Below, piece by piece: positions 8,532-16,582 of a stretch of 64,000 nucleotides of DNA. The first letter of the stretch is position 1. Each line of letters begins with the position of its first letter. The notes beneath the pieces were generated by a model. It saw only the letters and a list, made by a program, of their open reading frames with translations. It was not told where the DNA came from and ran no database searches. The DNA comes from Escherichia phage vB_EcoM_ESCO9. Position numbers and translations under genes: made by a program. Location: sequence record OM386654.1; one strand, written 5' to 3'.

Positions 8532-9635
8532 ATGTCCAGTCCTTTTATCAGTGCCGTAAAAAGCAAACCGTCTGAAATGAGTGTATTCACGGCAACAACA
8601 GAAAAAAGTAAGTCTTTGTTTGCTCCAAGTGCTATGGATGCAAGCCCTGTATATGCCCCTGCTGTTGCACGACCTGTACAAATGCTGCCTCCAATGTCTC
8701 GTGAAGAGATTGAACAGGTTGGTGCTGATGCAGGACTTACTCTTCGTAACCTTAATGCTGAAGTGCTTAAACACCAGCGTTCATCTCAGGGAGATGAAAT
8801 GAGTGAACGTTTAACTGCACTTATTAAGCAAGCAAAGCAACTTGATCCTAACTCTATTAAACAATCTAAAGGCTTAGGTAAACTAGTTAAGAAAGTATTA
8901 GGTATGAAAGAAGATTTGTTTGGTGAATTTGACACCATCAATAATCGTATTGAAGGTTTGGTAAAGACACTACAAACAGACTTGAAAAAAGAAGAAGATT
9001 CTTTACGATATCTGCAACGTTTAGAAGAGGCTATTGCAAAATATGCTCTTAGCTTAAACAGGGATATAGAGCTTCTAACAGCTACTTATGAAAAAGAAGA
9101 AGTTCGCCTTAATACACTACCTGAAAATGAAGTAGAAGAGCGTCAACGTACTCGTGACACTATGGATCTGCTTGAAATTCGTATTGCAGATCTGAAAGCC
9201 TTACGTTTACTGTGCGTTCAGATGGGGCCACGTGTACAAAGTATGCAGAAAGTATCTGCAAGTTTGATGCGATCAGCCCGTAATATTGTGAATAATGTTA
9301 TTCCTGCTTACTCTGCAAACTTTTCTATGTATATTGAAAGTCTACGCCAGAAGAAAGCAGCCGATACGCAGAACAATGTACTGAATGAATTTAATGCTGC
9401 TATTGCAATGGGTAGTGATCTGGCTGCACAAAACCAGATTGAAGCTACACAACTTGCTAATCGTCAAGTATTGGATATTGAAACATTGCGTCGTGATCAA
9501 GAAAACTTAGTTAAAATGTTGGAAGAAACTAACCGAATCAACACTGAAGCCCGTGCTGCTCGTATTGATTACATTCAAGAAGTGCAATCTCTTGAAGATG
9601 GTATGATTCAAACTGTTAAACGTGGTCTACTTTAA
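8532..9635 (+). CDS. Coiled-coil protein, candidate TelA/KlaA-like toxic-anion-resistance family member
   Basis: 367-aa predominantly helical/coiled-coil protein; assignment rests mainly on size, composition and position between terC-like and terD-like genes. Confidence 0.35.
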   Translation: MSSPFISAVKSKPSEMSVFTATTEKSKSLFAPSAMDASPVYAPAVARPVQMLPPMSREEIEQVGADAGLTLRNLNAEVLKHQRSSQGDEMSERLTALIKQAKQLDPNSIKQSKGLGKLVKKVLGMKEDLFGEFDTINNRIEGLVKTLQTDLKKEEDSLRYLQRLEEAIAKYALSLNRDIELLTATYEKEEVRLNTLPENEVEERQRTRDTMDLLEIRIADLKALRLLCVQMGPRVQSMQKVSASLMRSARNIVNNVIPAYSANFSMYIESLRQKKAADTQNNVLNEFNAAIAMGSDLAAQNQIEATQLANRQVLDIETLRRDQENLVKMLEETNRINTEARAARIDYIQEVQSLEDGMIQTVKRGLL

Positions 9636-9648
9636 GGAGAAATATATT

Positions 9649-9855
9649 ATGAATATTAAAATTTACAAACTGTCTGGTTCTATGATTGCTGTTCAGTATG
9701 ACAATGAAGATCGTTATGTTCTCCTCCAGGATGCTTGGTTAGATGATCCTAATGTATTCACTGTCCTGCGAGAACTACGTTCTGTCTATACCTATTCTTC
9801 TAAAGATGGTTTTGACAATTCAACGATGGAATTGGTAAAAGAGGAGAATGTGTAA
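9649..9855 (+). CDS. Hypothetical protein (68 aa)
   Basis: ATG with RBS AAGGAGAAA. Confidence 0.4.
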   Translation: MNIKIYKLSGSMIAVQYDNEDRYVLLQDAWLDDPNVFTVLRELRSVYTYSSKDGFDNSTMELVKEENV

Positions 9856-10055
9856 TGAGTAAAGATATTCACTTAACTCGTGAAGAATTGCAAACCATTA
9901 TGGAAGATGCTTTCATTGATGGTTGGAAACAAGGTCAAGAATCAGATTGGTATGATGCCGAAGATTTTTTGTATTATCATATGACTGCACCTGTAGACGA
10001 GCAAACACACTCTGAAACAACTTTGGCTTTAATTGATCTTAAGGCTGGTGTATAA
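9855..10055 (+). CDS. Hypothetical protein (66 aa)
   Basis: ATG with RBS GAGGAG, start overlaps previous stop. Confidence 0.4.
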   Translation: MSKDIHLTREELQTIMEDAFIDGWKQGQESDWYDAEDFLYYHMTAPVDEQTHSETTLALIDLKAGV

Positions 10056-10618
10056 TGGGGTGTTTTAGTTTCTTGTGCAAAGAGTCTGGTAATGCTGCTC
10101 TTTCTACCTCTTTCGATGGCTCTCCTTGCTACCTATTTCTTTTGAAAGGTGGTAAGGTTGTCGAAGAGATGTATGGGAATTATGATAGCTATGGTAGTGT
10201 TTTCTCTAACGAAGAAGATAAACATGGCAATCGTAAAAGATTTAAGTGGTCTATGCCTTGGGAAGAAGTTTGTAATTTGATGTTCTCTTCCGATCTTGGA
10301 GATGGGATTGCTCTAGTATTAGAAGAGCACTTTACAGGCGAGATCCCAACAGAAAGATCTGAAGAAGACCCTAACCAGGGTTGGGGTGATGGGGAAGAAG
10401 ATCCAGATTGCTTCTTCAGCACTGAAAATAATAAATTTAAACGTGTTGACAATCCTTACCACAAAGTGCATAATACTTGCATTGAGACAGAAGAAGACTC
10501 AAAGCTAGAAATTGAAGATGATTTAGTTGTAACTATCTCTTTAAACGAGTTGCAAAAAATCACTAGAGAGGCTTTCTATTTAGGTTGGAAAGTAGGTAAA
10601 GGAGGAGATAGTGCTTAA
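10055..10618 (+). CDS. Hypothetical acidic protein (187 aa)
   Basis: ORF in coupled array; Asp/Glu-rich. Confidence 0.4.
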   Translation: MGCFSFLCKESGNAALSTSFDGSPCYLFLLKGGKVVEEMYGNYDSYGSVFSNEEDKHGNRKRFKWSMPWEEVCNLMFSSDLGDGIALVLEEHFTGEIPTERSEEDPNQGWGDGEEDPDCFFSTENNKFKRVDNPYHKVHNTCIETEEDSKLEIEDDLVVTISLNELQKITREAFYLGWKVGKGGDSA

Positions 10619-10880
10619 ATTTAATATCAAAGACGACAAATCAGATGAACCTAAATGTTTTGGAGAACTTGACGTAGGTGATACATTTGTATATTATGTT
10701 GCCTATCAAGATTCTGGTTTAGATACATTCAGAAATTTAGTGTTTATTAAGGTTAATACAAACCAAGCAATGTGTCTGAACGGTTCGCAAAGAGGTCAAC
10801 TTAGCTGTATTTCGTATGATACAGAAATGGTAGAAGTGGATTTAGAAGTTACTAACATTACACTCAGAAAGGAGAAATAA
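10611..10880 (+). CDS. Hypothetical protein (89 aa)
   Basis: GTG start with RBS AGGAGGAG. Confidence 0.4.
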   Translation: MLKFNIKDDKSDEPKCFGELDVGDTFVYYVAYQDSGLDTFRNLVFIKVNTNQAMCLNGSQRGQLSCISYDTEMVEVDLEVTNITLRKEK

Positions 10881-10881
10881 T

Positions 10882-11676
10882 ATGTCCAATAAAATCAGTC
10901 TTAAAAAACGTCAAGAAACTCTTACCGTATCTCTGCGTAAGAAAAAGATTAACGATGTTGTTCTTCGTGTCGGTAGTGCCTTAGATATTTCGGGTAGTAT
11001 GTGTGAGCTGTATCGTGATGGCACTGTTAGTGATTTTGTAGGTAAACTGCTGCCGTTTGGTATGAAGTTTGATGATAATGCACAGATTGACATGTGGGCT
11101 TTCAATAGTTCTTCTTTTGAACTGCCTCCTGCAACGGCTGATGTATATGATGATTATGTCGGCTCTTGTATGTCTAATGTTTGCATCAATGGTGGTACAG
11201 CTTATGCCCCAGTAATGCAAGAGATCTATGATACATACTTCGGTAGTGTACCTATGAAAAATATTACACGCGAAGTCGTTGAGTATGAAGAAGTTCCGGC
11301 TAAGGGTTTCCTTGCTAAACTAACTGGTAAAAAAGAACGTGTAGAAGTTACACGTACTGTTGTAGAACAGGTTGTAGATACTGATGCACAAGTTGATCGT
11401 ACTCCTGCAATGATTTTCTTCCAAACTGACGGGGAGAACATGGATACTTCAGCAGTACGTAGTTTGCTGAACAAACACCGCAACACTCCTGTTTACTGGT
11501 TTATGGTTGGTGTAGGCAATGCAAACTTTAAATTCCTGAAAGACTTGGCAAAAGAATACGATAATGTTGATTTTATCGGTATTGCAGATTTGTCCTTGTC
11601 TGACGAAGAACTTTACGATAAACTGCTATCCGAAGAGTTTGGTGAGTGGGTTAAAAAATTTGGAGCAAAAGCGTAA
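10882..11676 (+). CDS. vWA-domain protein (TerY-like) with TerD-like N-terminal segment
   Basis: MIDAS motifs LDISGSM, GGTAYAP and FFQTDGENMD; N-terminus MSNKISLKKRQETLTVSL resembles TerD N-terminus. Confidence 0.55.
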   Translation: MSNKISLKKRQETLTVSLRKKKINDVVLRVGSALDISGSMCELYRDGTVSDFVGKLLPFGMKFDDNAQIDMWAFNSSSFELPPATADVYDDYVGSCMSNVCINGGTAYAPVMQEIYDTYFGSVPMKNITREVVEYEEVPAKGFLAKLTGKKERVEVTRTVVEQVVDTDAQVDRTPAMIFFQTDGENMDTSAVRSLLNKHRNTPVYWFMVGVGNANFKFLKDLAKEYDNVDFIGIADLSLSDEELYDKLLSEEFGEWVKKFGAKA

Positions 11677-11683
11677 AAAACGC

Positions 11684-11711
11684 TTGACTTTGTAGAAAAG
11701 ATTAGTAAAAT
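11684..11711 (+). promoter_or_regulatory. Sigma70-like promoter candidate (TTGACT-16-TAAAAT) upstream of terD
   Basis: Consensus-like hexamers, 16-nt spacer, about 40 nt upstream of terD start. Confidence 0.4.
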
Positions 11712-11748
11712 AGACAACGTAAATTAACAACAAAGGAGATAATAAATT

Positions 11749-12345
11749 ATGACTCAGAAAATTTCCCTGAAAAAAGGTTCTAGCGAAAAAGTTTCTCTGA
11801 AAAAGATTGCACCAGCACTGAAACGCATTCGTCTGGAATTCTCTTGGAAATCTAACGAAAAACTGGATCTGGATGTTAGTGCTCTGATTTGCCGACACAA
11901 TGCATCTGGTCTGCCGGAACTGTTGTCTCCTCGCCACCTGGTGTGCTACGCGCAGAAATTTGATCCTGAACGTTCTACTTTTGCAGGTGAAGATGTTCGT
12001 GATGGTGTAGGACAGATGGAGCAGATTGATGTTACACTGGATAATATCTCTGCTGAAGCACAGGAAATTGCATTCGTAATTACTATTGATGACGAAACGG
12101 GTAAGAAACGCCTTGGTCACGCTACCGAAGGTTTCCTTAAAATCTTCGATGATGAACGTAATGTTGAACTGCTGGATTTTGACTTCTTGGCTCCAGAACT
12201 TGCAGGTAATACCATTTGCCACGTTGCCTCCCTGGTGCGGGAAGATAGCGAATGGAAACTGAAAGCATATGGTGTAGGTAAAGCTGGACTTGACATTTAT
12301 GATGTAGTTAAAGCGTTTGGCGCTGGCGACGATTGGTTCGAGTAA
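11749..12345 (+). CDS. terD: TerD-family protein
   Basis: ISLKKG...KVSLKK, LDLDVSALIC, FVITIDD, EWKLKAYGVG align in order with the TerD family pattern as recalled from E. coli TerD. Confidence 0.85.
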   Translation: MTQKISLKKGSSEKVSLKKIAPALKRIRLEFSWKSNEKLDLDVSALICRHNASGLPELLSPRHLVCYAQKFDPERSTFAGEDVRDGVGQMEQIDVTLDNISAEAQEIAFVITIDDETGKKRLGHATEGFLKIFDDERNVELLDFDFLAPELAGNTICHVASLVREDSEWKLKAYGVGKAGLDIYDVVKAFGAGDDWFE

Positions 12346-12354
12346 TAAATCATA

Positions 12355-12378
12355 GCGCCCTTCGGGGCGCATATTTTA
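12355..12378 (+). terminator. Intrinsic terminator (GCGCCC-TTCG-GGGCGC + AT/T-run)
   Basis: UUCG tetraloop hairpin immediately after terD stop. Confidence 0.5.
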
Positions 12379-12397
12379 AATAGAAGAGGAGAAAACA

Positions 12398-13000
12398 ATG
12401 GGTATTACTTTAGAAGGTCAAAAACTTATTCGTAGCGGTAATTTTCTTGTGGATATTGACAACAATGAAGATTATGCTTTAGAAGTTAGTGATGTACTGT
12501 TTAATGCTTTGCAGTCTGGTTTCAATTTTGAAGTTTATGAAGTAATCCGTGGAACTAAACTCAGAGATACCCTTGGATCAACTAGTGATGTTTATTCGGC
12601 AATCTGGCAATATTTCGGGTTAATGGATGGTAAGACATACCTTACTGATAGTTATTCTGAAGATGTTGTTTATCTTGATATGGAAGAGTTTCGTCGTCTG
12701 TTCAAAAATGAAGAAAATGAAGAAGAGGGTGAACTTTTTGAAGGAATTACTCTCGAAGGTAATGTTGAAATTGTGTATAAAGCAGGAAAAACATTCCACT
12801 TGCGCGAAAACGGTAAAGCAAAAGTTGATTTTGTAAACAAGACAGTAACAACTGAACATAATTATCTTAAAGATGGTCAACCAGCTTTTGAACGTGTAAC
12901 AATTAAATTTAAAGTATTGTCTGCACTAATTACGGATCAAGAACGTATTGATTTTGTAGAAGATGGTGTAGTAACTCATACGAAGGTCTACAACATCTAA
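12398..13000 (+). CDS. Hypothetical protein (200 aa)
   Basis: ORF with RBS AGAGGAG. Confidence 0.45.
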   Translation: MGITLEGQKLIRSGNFLVDIDNNEDYALEVSDVLFNALQSGFNFEVYEVIRGTKLRDTLGSTSDVYSAIWQYFGLMDGKTYLTDSYSEDVVYLDMEEFRRLFKNEENEEEGELFEGITLEGNVEIVYKAGKTFHLRENGKAKVDFVNKTVTTEHNYLKDGQPAFERVTIKFKVLSALITDQERIDFVEDGVVTHTKVYNI

Positions 13001-13010
13001 CAGGGTGTAA

Positions 13011-13029
13011 GAGGGGGATAATCCCCCTC
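13011..13029 (+). other. Stem-loop GAGGGGGA-TAA-TCCCCCTC (no U-tract)
   Basis: Perfect 8-bp inverted repeat after the 12398-13000 gene. Confidence 0.35.
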
Positions 13030-13032
13030 AAC

Positions 13033-13061
13033 TTGCAAAACAGCCTCTTCTGTGTTACAAT
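13033..13061 (+). promoter_or_regulatory. Sigma70-like promoter candidate (TTGCAA-17-TACAAT)
   Basis: Hexamers with 17-nt spacer upstream of cell wall hydrolase gene. Confidence 0.35.
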
Positions 13062-13092
13062 AAAAGTTCGTTTAACAAAATAGGAGGCAAGT

Positions 13093-13602
13093 TTGTCAAT
13101 AAAAACCTTTGTCGCAATTGCGTTACTATCCTTAACTGCTTTTACATTTACACCTGTCGTGGCGCAAGCCGAAGCTGCAAACGTAAAAACTGCTAAAGTA
13201 GTTCACAAGTGTACAAAGCGTGATAGTAAAGAAAATCTATTAGCTTGTGCAATCTATGCAGAAAGTCGTAATCAAGGAAAGCGCGGTATGTCTGCTGTTG
13301 GTAATGTAGTATTAAATAGGGCTAGAGATTCATATTTCCCTGATACTATAAAAGAAGTTTTGTTTCAAAAAGGACAATTCTCTTACACAAAGACATTCAA
13401 CGTTATGGAACGTGATAAGTGGAAGGAAGCTAAGGCTATAGCAGAACGTCTGCTTTATCTCGATACGCATTTTCCAGAATTACGAATTGCATTAGATATT
13501 ACAAAAGGAGCATTATACTTTAAAAAATCTACAATAAGAGCACACTGGGAAAAAGATATGGTTCTAGTGTACCGCTACAAAGAACATCAATTCTATCGCT
13601 AA
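13093..13602 (+). CDS. Secreted cell-wall hydrolase, SleB/Hydrolase_2-like
   Basis: N-terminal signal peptide (…FTPVVAQAEAANV); motif CAIYAESRNQG...GNVVLNRA...FSYTK typical of SleB-type cell wall hydrolases; TTG start with RBS AGGAGG. Confidence 0.6.
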   Translation: MSIKTFVAIALLSLTAFTFTPVVAQAEAANVKTAKVVHKCTKRDSKENLLACAIYAESRNQGKRGMSAVGNVVLNRARDSYFPDTIKEVLFQKGQFSYTKTFNVMERDKWKEAKAIAERLLYLDTHFPELRIALDITKGALYFKKSTIRAHWEKDMVLVYRYKEHQFYR

Positions 13603-13612
13603 GGAGATATAG

Positions 13613-13891
13613 ATGAAAGATGGCGTTATCGTTGCAAGTTATCTTGTTATTGGTCTTACAGAAGAGGATGTACATTACATTAGGAAACATTTAGAACAGT
13701 TTGCAATGATGTTCATCGAAGACGAAGACAATATGGATGTTTATTCAATTGAAATGATCAATGATAACGTCTATCCTTGTATAGCTTTACGAGTCGATGA
13801 AGATGTTTGGGAACGTTTTTCACGTAGTCACGATAATGTTGAATGTTCTATGGTTATGTCACAAAACAACATACTGGGAGTGTTACACTGA
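13613..13891 (+). CDS. Hypothetical protein (92 aa)
   Basis: ORF with RBS AAGGAG. Confidence 0.4.
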   Translation: MKDGVIVASYLVIGLTEEDVHYIRKHLEQFAMMFIEDEDNMDVYSIEMINDNVYPCIALRVDEDVWERFSRSHDNVECSMVMSQNNILGVLH

Positions 13892-14121
13892 TGGCTGATG
13901 TTATTGAGGTTAACTTTAAAACAAAAAAGAAAGTTGATAAGTATACAATCTTAAAAAATATTTGCGTTGTGTGCTTCAATTCTGTAATATATGACTCACG
14001 TAAGGGCGAAAATGAAAATGAACCTTACATCCAGATTTCTAAAGGTAAAGGGCAGTGTATCTGCAAAAACTGTGCTGTAGCAATTAAGGAGGTTGTAGAT
14101 GAAAACCATTGGGATCAATGA
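13891..14121 (+). CDS. Hypothetical small Cys-rich protein (possible zinc ribbon)
   Basis: ATG 13891 overlaps previous stop (ATGA); CVVC...CICKNC pattern. Confidence 0.35.
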   Translation: MADVIEVNFKTKKKVDKYTILKNICVVCFNSVIYDSRKGENENEPYIQISKGKGQCICKNCAVAIKEVVDENHWDQ

Positions 14122-14293
14122 TACTGGTGAAGTTGTAAAATCTTGGGATGATCTTAGTGGTATCCCTACAGATAAGCTGATTAAACTGCGTGATGTTTGT
14201 CGTGATCATCTTAATGAAACATATAAAGAGTATATGGAAGCACGAGATCACAGTTTAGCTATCCAAATGGAACTCGCAAAACGTAATCAATAG
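14099..14293 (+). CDS. Hypothetical protein (64 aa)
   Basis: ORF with RBS AAGGAGG. Confidence 0.35.
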   Translation: MKTIGINDTGEVVKSWDDLSGIPTDKLIKLRDVCRDHLNETYKEYMEARDHSLAIQMELAKRNQ

Positions 14294-14350
14294 GTAAAAC
14301 CATTTGGACTTTTTAGTCTAAAAATGCTAAAGTAATAATACGGAGGGAGT

Positions 14351-14914
14351 ATGATATTTCACATAACTCCCTATCTTTCTGGAGATATTGGAAAAGGTAT
14401 CAATGACACAATAAGTGTCTTACCAGAAGATAGTTGGATTTGCCTAAGAGACATTGATACAATGTTTCTTCTTCCAGAACAACCTGCTTGGCTGGAATCA
14501 ATTGTCCGTTCAAATCCTGATTTTGATGTTCTTGGTGCATCTTGTAACAGATTGGGATCAACATATCAATTATTTAATAATGAAAGAAGTGAAGATCCGA
14601 ATATATTACACCACATTGAGATTGCAAAAAGAGCACATCTAGAATGGGGAAACTCAATAGAGGAAGTACCTACAGATGCTATCTTAGCAGGATTCTTTCT
14701 TCTCTTTCGTAAGAGTCTGTGGAATGAAATTCCTTTTGAGGAAAGATCAATACAGTTTGATATAATTTTCTCTAAAGCATTGCACGCTAACAATAAAAGG
14801 CTAGGTTTACTACGTGGGTTATATTTATTTCACACATACCGTTTAGGTAATGATGATCCTAGAAAAGCTGTTTCACACCTTTTACATTGTCAAGACATGA
14901 ATAAAATTATTTAA
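14351..14914 (+). CDS. Hypothetical protein, possibly glycosyltransferase-related
   Basis: 187-aa ORF with RBS GGAGGGAG directly upstream of three GT-like genes; no firm motif. Confidence 0.35.
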   Translation: MIFHITPYLSGDIGKGINDTISVLPEDSWICLRDIDTMFLLPEQPAWLESIVRSNPDFDVLGASCNRLGSTYQLFNNERSEDPNILHHIEIAKRAHLEWGNSIEEVPTDAILAGFFLLFRKSLWNEIPFEERSIQFDIIFSKALHANNKRLGLLRGLYLFHTYRLGNDDPRKAVSHLLHCQDMNKII

Positions 14915-14923
14915 GGAGTTATT

Positions 14924-15610
14924 TTGGAAAATACAAAAATTGGTGTTGGTGTTATTACTGTAGGTAAGCGTCCTCTTAAAGATTATCTTGTGACTGATCC
15001 TAGTGCTACTTTTGTTGTACAGTATGATCGGGAACGAAAAGGTGTTGCATATGCTCGTAATGAACTGATGAAAAAGTTTTATGATGAAGGATATGATTAC
15101 TGGTTTATTTTTGATGATGATTGCTATCCTGTTGTTCAAGGTTGGGAAACATATTTTGTAAAACAGGCGAAGGAAAATGGTTGGGATTTCTTTGGTATGC
15201 CTGAATACTTTAAAGATAAAGTAAAAGGTATTGAAGGGGAAGTGGTTATTTGGGAGCTAGGAATGTGCCAGTTTGGTATGTATTCCCGTGCAGTTATTGA
15301 GAAAGCTGGCTATTTCCGCTCATACACCCACGGCTATGGGTATGAAGATGCAGAGTGGATTCATCGCGTCCCACTGGCAGGTTTGAACCGAGGTATTCAA
15401 GGCGTACCATGTCCTATTCGAATTATGGCGTTTATCCATCCTGATGATGTATTTGGAGACAATCCTTTACCTTTTGCGAATCTGTCAAAAGAAGAGAAAG
15501 AACAGGGGATTGGTGTAAACTGGGAACAATATAAACAATCCCTGGAGGATCTTCGCAATGGTAAAACTTTTATCTCTTATGAGGAGGCTCAAAAATATGG
15601 TAAATCCTAA
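14924..15610 (+). CDS. Putative glycosyltransferase (GT-A-like, DxD-type)
   Basis: Acidic motif FIFDDDCYP resembling DxD nucleotide-sugar-binding motif; TTG start with RBS AAGGAG. Confidence 0.4.
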   Translation: MENTKIGVGVITVGKRPLKDYLVTDPSATFVVQYDRERKGVAYARNELMKKFYDEGYDYWFIFDDDCYPVVQGWETYFVKQAKENGWDFFGMPEYFKDKVKGIEGEVVIWELGMCQFGMYSRAVIEKAGYFRSYTHGYGYEDAEWIHRVPLAGLNRGIQGVPCPIRIMAFIHPDDVFGDNPLPFANLSKEEKEQGIGVNWEQYKQSLEDLRNGKTFISYEEAQKYGKS

Positions 15611-16571
15611 TACTCCTGTACTTAAGTGTGATAATAAGTTAGGCAGTGGTTGTGATTACCATCGTATTGTAATGCCATTTGCTGGAAATACGTTTAAACC
15701 TAAGAAAGACGTTTTAGTTTTTAATAGAGTGTATTCTCGTGGATCAGACGAAGTTAAACGCCTGAAGGCACAAGGTGTTAAGATTATTGTTGATTTAGAT
15801 GATTTTTATTCGCTTAATCCTGAACATTATATGGCTGGCGTATTTACTAATCACTCAAAGACTATTGTAGAGATGATTAAGTTAGCAGATGTGGTTACTG
15901 TAACAACAGAATACCTAGCTTACAAAATTCGTCATTTAAATCGTAATGTTGTCGTTATTAGAAACGCACTACCTTACGACGAAGGTCAATTTACTTTGAC
16001 AAAAGACCGTTATTCTGACACGCCTATTATTTGGGCGGGAGGAGCAAGCCATGAACCTGATTTATCTCTTGTAGCTAATACATTTGATGATACGCTATTG
16101 ACAATTGCAGGGTATGAAGTGTATCCTTCTGCACCTGTTGGAAATAATAGTCAGTATCTAACTACTGCGGAGTGGGTTAAAGTAAAACGTAAAATTCCAA
16201 ATGCACAGTATAAACCAGCTATTAAAAATTTAGGTGAGTATATGTCTGTGTATGACGGTCACAGTATTGCAATTGCTCCTCTGGTAGATAATGACTTCAA
16301 CAACTGTAAAAGCAATTTGAAGATTTTGGAAGCAGGTGCAAAGGGTCTTCCTATTATCTGTTCTCCTGTGCTGCCGTACTTCAATCCGGTAGATGCAAAG
16401 GCTGTTATCTATGCAGACTCTAAAGCATCTTGGCATTATAAAGTTGTCAAGCTAATGAGGAACCCTAGATACACAGAAGATCGTGGTATGATGCTTGCAG
16501 AACACGTTCGTCTTAATTATAATCTTGCAGATGCTAATGAACTGCGTCGTCAAGTTATTGAAAGTCTTTAA
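15597..16571 (+). CDS. Putative GT-B fold glycosyltransferase (paralog 1)
   Basis: C-terminal motif KSNLKILEAGAKGLPIICSP resembles the GT-B E-x7-E/LEAxAxGxP sugar-donor motif; RBS GAGGAGG. Confidence 0.5.
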   Translation: MVNPNTPVLKCDNKLGSGCDYHRIVMPFAGNTFKPKKDVLVFNRVYSRGSDEVKRLKAQGVKIIVDLDDFYSLNPEHYMAGVFTNHSKTIVEMIKLADVVTVTTEYLAYKIRHLNRNVVVIRNALPYDEGQFTLTKDRYSDTPIIWAGGASHEPDLSLVANTFDDTLLTIAGYEVYPSAPVGNNSQYLTTAEWVKVKRKIPNAQYKPAIKNLGEYMSVYDGHSIAIAPLVDNDFNNCKSNLKILEAGAKGLPIICSPVLPYFNPVDAKAVIYADSKASWHYKVVKLMRNPRYTEDRGMMLAEHVRLNYNLADANELRRQVIESL

Positions 16572-16582
16572 TAAGGAGCTAT

